Shown here one piece after another: positions 11,311 through 20,569 of a DNA stretch of 64,000 nucleotides. The notes under the pieces were generated by a model that saw nothing but the letters and a program-made list of their open reading frames with translations, did no database searches and was not told the DNA's origin. This stretch comes from Candidatus Latescibacterota bacterium. Lineage in GTDB: Bacteria > Latescibacterota > UBA2968. How positions within the stretch are numbered: the first letter of the stretch is position 1; every line of letters begins with the position of its first letter. The position numbers and the translations under genes were made by a program. The stretch is taken from the NCBI GenBank assembly GCA_965198115.1, contig OZ240241.1, forward strand, positions 5,536,001 through 5,600,000. Reading direction: 5' to 3'.

Positions 11311-12630
11311 GTGCAGCCATTGATTCGGGCCATCGAACACCAGGGCGTGCTCATCCGAGAAGCGGGCCTACCCGGAGAGACGCGTGCCGAAGACATCGTG
11401 CCCGCGCATCCCAACGGTACCCAGGTGAGCCGCAACCGATGGCTCCTCGTCTACGCGACCCGTGGATTCCGCGGCGTCGACGACGACTTGAGTATTCTCT
11501 ACCAGCTCCGGAGCAAAACCCCTGACGGGACGCTCGTCGCCGAGGGTGTTCTCGCCAAATGGATCGACGACTGGGATCCGCTTGGAGACGGGAATCACTA
11601 TGTCAAGCAGCACGGTCATCCCGTCGTCTTCGGCGTACCCAAAGGCGCGCTCGTCCAAGGCCAGCCGGCCCCGAGTGCCAACTGCTTCGTCGCCAAGTGG
11701 CGACAGTGTGCGCGCGTACTCGACCCGGACACCGGCCACCTCGTCCACGGAACATCCGATCCGGAACTCAAACGACGTACGCAGTCCGTTGGATAGATTC
11801 AGTTCCGCCTGAACGCAGACGAAACCGATATCGAGATCACCCAGCCGGCGGGCGCTCTCCGTCAGGTCGGCTACGAGAGCGGGCCCGCTTTCTGCAGTCA
11901 CACGTCCGTCGTCGCCATGAACCAATCGTTCACCCAAGCGGTCCCGTTCGACGATGCCGGCACGGAATGGGCGGACTGCAATCACTTCGACGGACGCCGC
12001 CTCGCCGCCCTCCGATACACCTTCAATCGCACGACCGGGCTCTACGAATGGACCGAGACAGGCCCGCTGGTGGACAGCGACCATCCTCTGACCGAGGCCA
12101 GCGTGTGCCCCTACGGATCGGATTGGATCATCGCCGCTCGAACCAGTCAAGCCGTGGGTGGCGTCGCCTGGAGTCGCACGGCCGACCCTTTCACCACCGT
12201 GCCCGAACCTTGTTTTCCTGGCACGATCAACTCCAACGCACCCGTCACCGCCTATACTTGTCCGGATGGCGCGTTACGCCTCTTCGGGGGCGACGTCGAC
12301 GCCTCGCCCTACGGGAACGGTCGGGACCCCCTCTACTGCTGGGACGTCGATCCCGACAACGGATACACGACGTCCCATCGTCGAGAGGTCTTCGACACGG
12401 TCAAGGCCGATCTCCCCATCGACCACCGACCGACTGTCGATATGTGCAAGCTTCTCCCCCACACGGGCGGCCCGTCCCAATACATCGCGCACCGCGTTCG
12501 CCCCAAGAGTACACGCGATCCGGTCTACACGGGTCAGGCTGTCTCCGAGGCCGAGATCGATTGCGCGGGCATCTACTACGCCCGCGTCGAGTACGACGAC
12601 GCGTATCCATCTCCGTGGACCTTCGAATGA
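11311..12630 (+). pseudogene. Hypothetical protein interrupted by an in-frame TAG at 11794-11796
   Basis: ORFs 11311..11796 and 11917..12630 share a frame and the sequence between them reads as protein (G*IQFRLNADETDIEITQP). Confidence 0.6.
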
Positions 12631-12661
12631 CCCCAAGGCTGAGATCACTGGTCGACAATTC

Positions 12662-13555
12662 ATGAAAAAAACGACCCTGAAGCTCGCCCTCATCTCCATG
12701 AAGCACCGCCTCGGCGATATAGCGTTCAACCTCGAGCGGCATCATCTCTGGATCAAACGCGCGGCGAGGACGGGTGCATCCTTCGTCGGCTTCCCCGAGT
12801 TCAGCTTAACCGGCTGGACCTACGATCGAACGCAGGCGCTACCCCTCGACGCTACTCCCCTTCAGCAGATCGAGACGTGGGCCCGGGAGTACGAGCTCTT
12901 CATCGGGACGTGTCTTACGGAACGATCGGGCAAGCGCCTCTTCAACACGACCGTCATCTACGGTCCGCGTGGTCGCGTCGGCTCGATGCGCAAGATCAAC
13001 CTCATCGCCAAGGAGGCCGTGCACTACACGCACGGAAACGCGTTCGGCGTCTTCGACGTCGCCGGATGCCGGATGGGCATCGCCACGTGCGCTGACGCCA
13101 CACGCTACGAAGTGCTCCACATCCTGTCGTTGAAGGGGGCCGCGGTCATCTTCGCACCGCACGCGAACACACTCGGCACGTATGGGGGGACACCATCCGG
13201 TTGGTTGCGTTGGCGAATGGAGCGATGGCCGCTGTTCGCCCGAGATTGCGGCGTCGTCATCGCCGGGGTCAACAACGCCGGTCTATTCGAGAAATCCCTC
13301 GACGACGAGCAGGAAACAGCCTACTGCGGTGGCGGCGCCGTCATCGACTGGGAAGGGAACGTCGTCGACCGTGTTCGTCTTCGACGCAAGAAGGAGTGTA
13401 TGTTCGTGTCGACCATCGACCTTGCCGCCCTAGGCGAAGCCCGCAAGAACAGTGTCATAGGGAGTGTTCCGCTCGGACGTGATCTACGGCAAGGCCATCT
13501 CATAGGTCTGCAAAACGTCTCACCAGCCGGTACTGCGTTCCGCTTCGGCCAGTAG
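12662..13555 (+). CDS. Carbon-nitrogen hydrolase (nitrilase superfamily)
   Basis: E-K-C triad: FPEFSLTG, RKINL, TCAD; start at MKKTTLKLALISM. Confidence 0.88.
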   Translation: MKKTTLKLALISMKHRLGDIAFNLERHHLWIKRAARTGASFVGFPEFSLTGWTYDRTQALPLDATPLQQIETWAREYELFIGTCLTERSGKRLFNTTVIYGPRGRVGSMRKINLIAKEAVHYTHGNAFGVFDVAGCRMGIATCADATRYEVLHILSLKGAAVIFAPHANTLGTYGGTPSGWLRWRMERWPLFARDCGVVIAGVNNAGLFEKSLDDEQETAYCGGGAVIDWEGNVVDRVRLRRKKECMFVSTIDLAALGEARKNSVIGSVPLGRDLRQGHLIGLQNVSPAGTAFRFGQ

Positions 13556-13587
13556 TACGCCCACCTCTGGTGATGGATCCATAGTAG

Positions 13588-14598
13588 TTGAACGTGTTGG
13601 GAGCAACGTTGGAAGGTCGTCCCTACCTCTGGATTTCCATCCTCATCTTCGGCGCCGCTGCTTCCGTCGTGGCGCGGCTCGTGGAGGTCGGGGAGGCGAA
13701 CCTGATCGACGGACGGAACCCGATCTCATTCTGCAATCTCCTCTTTGTCGGGAACCTCGTCGCGGCGGCCACCCTCCTCATCGCCCATCGAAAGGATTGG
13801 CGCCCGTCCGAGCTCAAGAAGTTGACCGGCCGTCAGTGGCTGGTGCAGCTCGCCCTCTCCGCCGCCTCCGGCGCCATAGCGCCCGCTTTGCTCTTCACAG
13901 CGATCGAGCGGACGTCCGTCACGAACATTACCCTCATTGAAACGATCGAAATCCCCCTCGGGTTGTTCTTCGCCTGGCTCCTCCATCGCGAGAAGTCGAC
14001 CGCGAGCGCCGTCATCGGATCGATCTGTGCACTTGCTGGGGTCGGTGCCACGTTGTATCTCCAGATGGACGCGTCAGTCGAGAGCATGCAGGCCGCCCGT
14101 ATGGAAGACGGGCCGGGAGCGGGAGAGCTCTACGCCATCGCGGCTACGGTCATCACCGTCTTCGGCGCCGAGATCGGACGCAGGCAACTCCGAACGATCC
14201 CGATCGGAGTGTTCAGCGTCTTTCGCAACCTGGCCGCCGCGGCGTTTTTCCTCGTGTTCGGGCTTTACCTGTTCGGCCTGGAGCACTTCGCTGACGTTTT
14301 CTCACCGTTCCTGTGGATGTGGATGATTCTCTACGGAGGGATCATCGTTGCGTGCGGTCAGTTGACGTGGTTTCAGGGCATCAAACGGGTGCGCCCGGCC
14401 GACATTGCCACGGCGTCCGCCTTTTCACCCGTAGCCGGCGTGGCGTTTGCGTATCTGATCCTCGGCGAGGTGCCGATGACTGCGCAGTATGTCGGCGGGG
14501 CGTTGATTATGGTGGGGATCGGAATCGGGTTGGTGGGTGACGTGCGGACGTCGAGGAAGGAGGAAGGGGATAAAGCGAAGCCGTTTACGGGGGTCTGA
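13588..14598 (+). CDS. DMT/EamA family transporter
   Basis: About 10 hydrophobic segments; FSPVAGVAFAYLILGE...QYVGGALIMVG. Confidence 0.88.
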   Translation: MNVLGATLEGRPYLWISILIFGAAASVVARLVEVGEANLIDGRNPISFCNLLFVGNLVAAATLLIAHRKDWRPSELKKLTGRQWLVQLALSAASGAIAPALLFTAIERTSVTNITLIETIEIPLGLFFAWLLHREKSTASAVIGSICALAGVGATLYLQMDASVESMQAARMEDGPGAGELYAIAATVITVFGAEIGRRQLRTIPIGVFSVFRNLAAAAFFLVFGLYLFGLEHFADVFSPFLWMWMILYGGIIVACGQLTWFQGIKRVRPADIATASAFSPVAGVAFAYLILGEVPMTAQYVGGALIMVGIGIGLVGDVRTSRKEEGDKAKPFTGV

Positions 14599-14608
14599 TG
14601 ATGTCCCT

Positions 14609-14638
14609 TTGGTCAGTGGTCAATGGTCATTGGTCAAT
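14609..14638 (+). repeat. Heptamer tandem repeat (TGGTCAN)x4
   Basis: ttggtcagtggtcaatggtcattggtcaat; related array at 19081-19103. Confidence 0.65.
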
Positions 14639-14809
14639 GACGGCGTCGAGTGAGTGCCCGGGCCCCATTCGTTTTCGCGATTCAGCGCCGAGATCTCCTT
14701 GTTTGCAGCCAGTCTTCACCATCGTCGGCGCTTGTATCGCTTCTTGCGACGCAAAACCGGGGCGTTGCCCCGGCCTAAGTACTCCTGTTCTCAAATACGG
14801 TGACGTATT

Positions 14810-15682
14810 CTAAGCAGACTTTGCCAAGGGCGTATCGTAGAACCTGAGTTTGTCGATCATCTCCGCGAGATCTGTTCGTGTGAACTTCCATTTGAAGGGT
14901 GTGGCGATACGTCCGTAGCGTTCCTGAAAACCGAGGATTCTTGCCTCAAGCTCTTCGAGCGATGCAAATTCGATAGGTGTCAGAGCCTTGCGTTTGAGGA
15001 TCGAGAAGTAGATCTCGATCTGATTGAGCCAGCTTGCGTGGATCGGAAGGTGAACGGGGTGGATGTTTGGCCACTTCCCCTGGATACGGTCGATGCATGT
15101 TTGCCCTCGGTGCGAGGAGCCATTATCCACGATGAGGTAGACTTTCTTTGCCGAGCAATAGGGTTTCCGGCTCATGATCAGGCTCAGGAGCCGGTTGAAG
15201 GGCTCGATACCCGAAGAAGACTCACAGAGACCGAAGATTCGACCATTGTGCACGTCGAGAGCAGCCAGATAGGCCAGGGCTCCTTTCCGCTCGTATTCGT
15301 GTTCAACGCGTGCCGCTCTGTTCGAGGCTGGCGGTAGGGTAACGTGCTTGCGAGCTCGTGCTTGAATACTGGTCTTTTCGTCGGCAGAAAGTACATATTC
15401 CCTCGGCCCTAAAGGCTTTCCTTGCCATTGGCGGTGATACAGATCAAGGACTCTACCTGCTTTGGTTTGGAAGTCCGGGTCCCGTGGGAAAATCCAGGAG
15501 CGATGATACCAAGGACGAATCGCGTCCTCGTTCAACCAGCGCCAGACAGTGGCGCCGCTGATCTTGGCAACGAAGCCCCTTTGCACTGCCTCGGCGGCAA
15601 TCTCGGAACAGCTGAACCGCGAGAGCGGTATCCCGCTCTCGCTCGGTAGTTCACACGCCAGCGCCTTGATCTGAACGACCAC
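14810..15682 (-). CDS. IS630 transposase, DDE part (orfB)
   Basis: SADEKT, EHEYERKG, LIVDNGSSH, LPIHASWLNQIEIYF. Confidence 0.9.
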   Translation of the reverse strand: MVVQIKALACELPSESGIPLSRFSCSEIAAEAVQRGFVAKISGATVWRWLNEDAIRPWYHRSWIFPRDPDFQTKAGRVLDLYHRQWQGKPLGPREYVLSADEKTSIQARARKHVTLPPASNRAARVEHEYERKGALAYLAALDVHNGRIFGLCESSSGIEPFNRLLSLIMSRKPYCSAKKVYLIVDNGSSHRGQTCIDRIQGKWPNIHPVHLPIHASWLNQIEIYFSILKRKALTPIEFASLEELEARILGFQERYGRIATPFKWKFTRTDLAEMIDKLRFYDTPLAKSA

Positions 15683-15959
15683 CTGAGGGGGGAAAACCGG
15701 GCGGGCGCCCGGGACGAGATCTATCTTCGAGTCCCGAAAGACGCTCTTCGAAAAAGCGCTTACGCCATTTGCTTACGATCGGACGCGGGACATCCAACCG
15801 TTGGGCGATACTCTTGTTGGATAATCCCTCGGCGGCGAGAAGCACGATTTTCGATCGGATCACTTGATAATACGGTAACGTATATTGTCCAGCCATTCGC
15901 TCGAGGTCGACCCGTTCCTTCTCAGACAGTAGCACCACATAAGGCGAACGTCTTGGCAT
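15651..15959 (-). CDS. IS630 transposase, HTH part (orfA)
   Basis: AAGGAGG RBS; RSKIVLLAAEG..IAQRL..VSKWRKRF..GLEDRSRPGRP; TTTTCCCCCC at the junction with orfB. Confidence 0.85.
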   Translation of the reverse strand: MPRRSPYVVLLSEKERVDLERMAGQYTLPYYQVIRSKIVLLAAEGLSNKSIAQRLDVPRPIVSKWRKRFFEERLSGLEDRSRPGRPPGFPPSGGRSDQGAGV

Positions 15960-16077
15960 TGTTCTCCTCCTTTTGAAGGAGAACATAAGCTACAAATAAT
16001 GTTCAAGACATACGTAATAATGTTTATGAAACCATGCACTAAGATACGCAGCCTTCAGGGCTGTAGAACCCTGTGAA

Positions 16078-16120
16078 TCGCGACCCTCTCGCCCTCGAGA
16101 CAGGCTCCGGTCGCTCCTAC
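16078..16120 (-). repeat. GTAG-type REP-like element
   Basis: Minus strand reads GTAGGAGCGACC...GGTCGCGA. Confidence 0.5.
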
Positions 16121-16212
16121 CCTATTTACCTGGGACTTCCTGAACAACTGAACCCCGAACACTTCCCCATAGCCTAACTGTAATTATTCCAAATATTTAC
16201 TCTTCCAAAAGT

Positions 16213-16241
16213 TTGACACATCGCTGCCTGTCCAGTAAATT
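16213..16241 (+). promoter_or_regulatory. Sigma70-type promoter for aceE-aceF-lpdA
   Basis: TTGACA-N17-TAAATT about 115 nt upstream of aceE. Confidence 0.7.
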
Positions 16242-16355
16242 AGGGCGTCTTTGAGCGGGAATGCCGTCTGTACGCGTGCAGTTGCCCGCTCGTTTGCTTT
16301 GCCCGTCCGCCCAAGCAAGTGAAACTGCGGAGGAGGACGTTTACTCAGGGAGCCT

Positions 16356-19061
16356 ATGTCCGACGCCCTCACCCGCGACGCCAACGTCGACGACGATCCG
16401 GAAGAGACCCACGAGTGGCTCGAGTCGCTCGAGTTCGCCATGGCCAAAGGCGGGCCCGACCGGGTTCGCTACCTCCTCGAGCGGCTTGAGCAGCACGCGC
16501 GATTCCATAAAGTCGACGTGCCGTTCGATGCGAACACGCCCTACGTCAACACGATTCCCGTCGACCAGCAGCCGTCGTATCCGGGTGATCGCGAGATCGA
16601 GCGGCGTATCAAGAGCATCGTCCGCTGGAACGCCATGGCCATCGTCGTGCGCGCCAATCGGATGGAGCCGACCCTTCACGGCCACGTCTCCACCTTCGGC
16701 TCGTCGGCCACGCTCTTCGAAGTGGCCCAGAACCACTTCCTCCGAGGCAAGGACGGTGGACAGGCCGGTGACCAGGTCTACTTCCAGGGCCACGCGGCCC
16801 CCGGCATGTACGCGCGCGCTTTCGTAGAGGGCCGCCTCGACGCGGAACATCTCGGAAACTACCGTCGCGAGCTGAAGCGGCCCGGCGGCCTCTCGTCGTA
16901 TCCCCACCCGTGGCTCATGCCCGACTTCTGGGAATACCCCACCGTCTCCATGGGCCTCGCGCCCATCATGGGCATCTACCAGGCACGGTTCAACCGCTAC
17001 CTCGAAGACCGCGGCCACCGCGAAACGTCCGGCTCCCACGTTTGGGTCTTCATGGGCGACGGCGAAACGGACGAGCCCGAATCGCTCGGCGCCATCACTC
17101 TCGCGGCCCGCGAAAGGCTCGACAACCTCATCTTCGTCATCAACTGCAACCTTCAGCGACTCGACGGGCCAGTTCGAGGGAACGGCAAGATCATTCAGGA
17201 GCTGGAGCGCGCCTTCCGGGGCGCCGGTTGGAACGTCATCAAGGTCATCTGGGGCAGTGACTGGGATCCTCTCCTCGCGAAGGACACCGACGACCTCCTC
17301 GTCGAGCGCATGAACCAGGCCGTCGACGGGCACTTCCAGAAATACTCGGTCGAATCCGGCGACTACATCCGCAATCACTTCTTCGGCGAAAATCTCCAGC
17401 ACCTCGTCAGCAACATGACCGACGAGCAGCTCCAGAAAATGCGTCGCGGAGGGCACGACCCCGAAAAGGTCTACGCCGCCTACAAGGCCGCCGTCGAGCA
17501 CATCGGCCAGCCCACGGTCATCCTCGCCAAAACCATCAAAGGCTACGGTCTCGGCGAGGCGGGCGAAGGCCGGAACACGACCCATCAGCAGCACGAGCTG
17601 AACGAAGCCGAGCTCCGCGAGTTCCGCACGCGCTTCGACATCCCCATCACCGACGAAGCCATCGAGGACGTACCGTTCTACCGTCCCCCCGAGGACAGCC
17701 CGGAAATGATCTACCTCCGCGGGCGACGGAGCGATCTTGGCGGGTTCGTCCCGAGCCGTCAGGTCCTGGCGGAGCCGCTCGATGCGCCGTCTCTCCGGGA
17801 GTTCTCAGAGTTCTTCGAGGACACGGGCGACCGCGAAATGTCGACGACCATGGTGTTCGCGCGCCTCTTCGGACGACTCGTCCGTGACAAGGAGATCGGC
17901 AAACTCCTCGTCCCGATCCTCCCCGACGAGGCGCGGACGTTCGGCATGGAGCCGTTCTTCCGTCAAATCGGGATCTACTCCCACGTCGGTCAGCTCTACG
18001 AGCCCGTCGACGCCGGCAACATCGCCTACTACCGCGAGATCAAGGAAGGCCAGCTTCTCGAGGAAGGCATCAACGAAGCCGGTGCCATGTCCTCGTTCAT
18101 CGCTGCGGGAACCGCCTACTCCGCCCACGGCGTCAACACGATCCCCTTCTTCATCTATTATTCCATGTTCGGGTTCCAGCGCATCGGCGACCTCATCTGG
18201 GCGGCCGCCGACTGTCGCTGCAAGGGCTTCCTCCTCGGCGGCACGGCCGGACGGACGACGCTCAACGGTGAAGGACTCCAGCACCAGGACGGCCACAGCC
18301 ACGTTCTCGCCTCCACCGTTCCGACCTTGCGGGCCTACGATCCTGCGTTCGCCTACGAAATCGCGGTGATCATCGAAGACGGCATCAAGCGAATGTATCA
18401 GGACCAGGAAGACGGCTTCTACTACCTCACGCTCGGGAACGAGCCGTATCCCATGCCGGCCATGCCAGAGGGCGTCGAGGAAGGGATTCTGCGCGGGATC
18501 TACAAGTTCAAGGAAGGCGGCAAGGGCGCCCTCAAGGTCCAGCTCTTCGGCAGCGGCGGGATCCTCAAGGACGTCATCCGCGCCCAACAGCTGCTCGCCG
18601 ACCGGTTCAACGTCTCTGCCGACGTCTGGAGCGTCACCAGCTACAAAGAACTCCGTCAAGACGCCCTCGCCGCTGAGCGCTGGAACATGCTCCACCCGAC
18701 GGAGCCGCAGAAAGAGCCCTATATCACGGAGACCCTCGAGAACGCCGAAGGCCCGATCGTCGCCGCGTCGGATTACATGAAAGTGTTGCCCGACATGATT
18801 CGTCCCTGGGTGCCCGAAGACCTACTCGCCCTCGGCACCGACGGATTCGGCCGAAGTGAAACCCGGGAGGCCCTCCGCCGTCACTTCGAAGTCGACGCCG
18901 AATCGATCGCCATCGGCGCTCTCCACGCCCTGGCCAAGCAGGGCAGAGTCTCACGCGAGGACGTTCAAAAGGCCATCGACGAATTGGGCATCGATCCGGA
19001 CAAAGCCGATCCGGCATCCGCGGGTCCGGTGTTGCAAAAGGATTTCACTGCCGCGAAGTAG
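16356..19061 (+). CDS. aceE: Pyruvate dehydrogenase E1 (homodimeric type)
   Basis: DPEETHEWLESL, YFQGHAAPG, SYPHPWLMPDFW, TPP motif GDGETDEPES, GRTTLNGEGLQH. Confidence 0.96.
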   Translation: MSDALTRDANVDDDPEETHEWLESLEFAMAKGGPDRVRYLLERLEQHARFHKVDVPFDANTPYVNTIPVDQQPSYPGDREIERRIKSIVRWNAMAIVVRANRMEPTLHGHVSTFGSSATLFEVAQNHFLRGKDGGQAGDQVYFQGHAAPGMYARAFVEGRLDAEHLGNYRRELKRPGGLSSYPHPWLMPDFWEYPTVSMGLAPIMGIYQARFNRYLEDRGHRETSGSHVWVFMGDGETDEPESLGAITLAARERLDNLIFVINCNLQRLDGPVRGNGKIIQELERAFRGAGWNVIKVIWGSDWDPLLAKDTDDLLVERMNQAVDGHFQKYSVESGDYIRNHFFGENLQHLVSNMTDEQLQKMRRGGHDPEKVYAAYKAAVEHIGQPTVILAKTIKGYGLGEAGEGRNTTHQQHELNEAELREFRTRFDIPITDEAIEDVPFYRPPEDSPEMIYLRGRRSDLGGFVPSRQVLAEPLDAPSLREFSEFFEDTGDREMSTTMVFARLFGRLVRDKEIGKLLVPILPDEARTFGMEPFFRQIGIYSHVGQLYEPVDAGNIAYYREIKEGQLLEEGINEAGAMSSFIAAGTAYSAHGVNTIPFFIYYSMFGFQRIGDLIWAAADCRCKGFLLGGTAGRTTLNGEGLQHQDGHSHVLASTVPTLRAYDPAFAYEIAVIIEDGIKRMYQDQEDGFYYLTLGNEPYPMPAMPEGVEEGILRGIYKFKEGGKGALKVQLFGSGGILKDVIRAQQLLADRFNVSADVWSVTSYKELRQDALAAERWNMLHPTEPQKEPYITETLENAEGPIVAASDYMKVLPDMIRPWVPEDLLALGTDGFGRSETREALRRHFEVDAESIAIGALHALAKQGRVSREDVQKAIDELGIDPDKADPASAGPVLQKDFTAAK

Positions 19062-19080
19062 TGACGGAAACCAAAGACCT

Positions 19081-19181
19081 TTGGTCACGGGTCAACGGTC
19101 AATGCGCGGGCTCGTGGGGCTCCTTCAGGGCTGACGTCTTGAGGGTGTTCCTGAACACTGAACCACCGAACACTGAACACT
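19081..19181. repeat. Composite intergenic repeat: (GGTCAA)-type heptamers, CCTTCAGGGCTG, (CTGAACA)-type heptamers
   Basis: Same modules in the same order as 14609-14638 / 16052-16063 / 16140-16163. Confidence 0.55.
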
Positions 19182-19213
19182 CGAAGGCGGCCAAAGGCCG
19201 CCGGAGGACCAAA

Positions 19214-20566
19214 GTGGCTCAGCCATTTGCTCTACCTGATCTAGGTGAAGGTGTCGAATCCGGTGACGTCGTCAGCGTGCTCGTCTCGGTCGGCGATACG
19301 ATCGATGCCGAGCAGGGCGTCATCGAGATCGAAACCGACAAGGCGCTGATCGAAGTGCCGTCGAGCCTCGCCGGGACTGTCGCGTCCGTCGAAGTCAGCG
19401 AGGGCGACACCGTGAAACCAGGCGACGTCCTCGTCACTGTCGAGACCGGCAATGGGGCCCCCACCGCTGCCGCCGAATCCGCCGCAGAGCCGAAGCCTGC
19501 AGAACCAGCCACTGGGGTCGCTGAGAGCACTGAGGGTCCTGAGGTCGTGCAAGCCCCCGAGGCTGAGCCTGAGACTACACCCGTAGCCAGCGAACCGCCG
19601 ACCCTCGACCCGCCCACACCTGCGCCAACTCCACCTGCCCCCGCCGCACCACCACCGTCTGATGGCCCGATCCCCGCGGCTCCAGCAACACGCCGTCTGG
19701 CGCGTGAGCTCGGCGTGGACCTGGCCAACGTGGACCCGACGGGGTCGGGCGGACGCATCACGAAGGAAGACGTGCAGGCCCACGTGAAGGGGACGATGAC
19801 TGGCGGTGGAGGCCCTCGTATCGCCGCCGGCCCCGCGGAGCCGCTTCCCGATTTCTCCAGGTGGGGCGAGATAGAGCGCGAGCCGCTCCCGAAGATTCGC
19901 CAGGTCATCGCGGCGAACCTGTCGCAGGCCTGGGCACAGATCCCGCACGTCACGCAGTTCGGTTCCGCCGAAGTGACGGAACTCGAGGCCTTGCGTCAGC
20001 GCAACAAGACGGCGGCCGAAGCGAACGGCGTCAAGCTGACCCCGACTGTCCTCGTCCTCAAGGCGGTTGTCTCCGCCCTCAAGGCCTTCCCGCAGTTCAA
20101 CGCGAGTCTGGACGTGGCGGCTCAGGAGCTCATCTACAAGCGATACTACCATCTCGGAATCGCCGTCGACACCGATCGCGGCCTGATGGTGCCAAACATC
20201 CGGGATGCGGAACGGAAGGACATCTACGAACTCGCCGCCGAGCTCGCCGACCTCGGGGAGCGTGCTAGGACGAACAAGATCTCCCCGGACGAGCTGCAGG
20301 GCGGCACCTTCTCAATCACGAACCTCGGCAGCCTGAACGGCGGCCCCTTCACACCGATCGTCAACCCGCCTCAGGTCGCCATCCTCGGCGTCGGACGCGG
20401 GAAGGAAGAAGCGGTCATCCGTGAAGGACGGATCGAGCCGCGCCTGATGATGCCGGTCTGTGTCTCCTACGACCATCGCGTCGTCGACGGCGCGGACGGC
20501 GTCCGGTTCCTGAACGCCATCATCGCCAGCCTCGAAGCCCCCGAACAGATGCTTCTGGGCGGCTAA
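19214..20566 (+). CDS. aceF: Dihydrolipoamide acetyltransferase (PDH E2), single lipoyl domain
   Basis: GGAGG RBS plus GTG; lipoyl site ETDKA, Pro/Ala linker, PATRRLARELGVDL, catalytic DHRVVDG. Confidence 0.93.
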   Translation: MAQPFALPDLGEGVESGDVVSVLVSVGDTIDAEQGVIEIETDKALIEVPSSLAGTVASVEVSEGDTVKPGDVLVTVETGNGAPTAAAESAAEPKPAEPATGVAESTEGPEVVQAPEAEPETTPVASEPPTLDPPTPAPTPPAPAAPPPSDGPIPAAPATRRLARELGVDLANVDPTGSGGRITKEDVQAHVKGTMTGGGGPRIAAGPAEPLPDFSRWGEIEREPLPKIRQVIAANLSQAWAQIPHVTQFGSAEVTELEALRQRNKTAAEANGVKLTPTVLVLKAVVSALKAFPQFNASLDVAAQELIYKRYYHLGIAVDTDRGLMVPNIRDAERKDIYELAAELADLGERARTNKISPDELQGGTFSITNLGSLNGGPFTPIVNPPQVAILGVGRGKEEAVIREGRIEPRLMMPVCVSYDHRVVDGADGVRFLNAIIASLEAPEQMLLGG

Positions 20567-20569
20567 CCC

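Larger units (their letters stand above)
14779..16039 (-). mobile_element. IS630-family insertion sequence
   Basis: HTH orf plus DDE orf; imperfect terminal IRs (GTACTCCTGTTCTCAAATACGGTGACGTAT / GTGCATGGTTTCATAAACATTATTACGTAT); TAA at both flanks (14776-78, 16040-42). Confidence 0.88.

Noticed and set aside
19061-19213. N-terminal extension of aceF in the ORF track
   Set aside because: It translates intergenic repeats; GGAGG plus GTG at 19214 fits the lipoyl-domain start.
19450-19680. Low-complexity Pro/Ala/Glu tract
   Set aside because: Normal flexible linker of E2.
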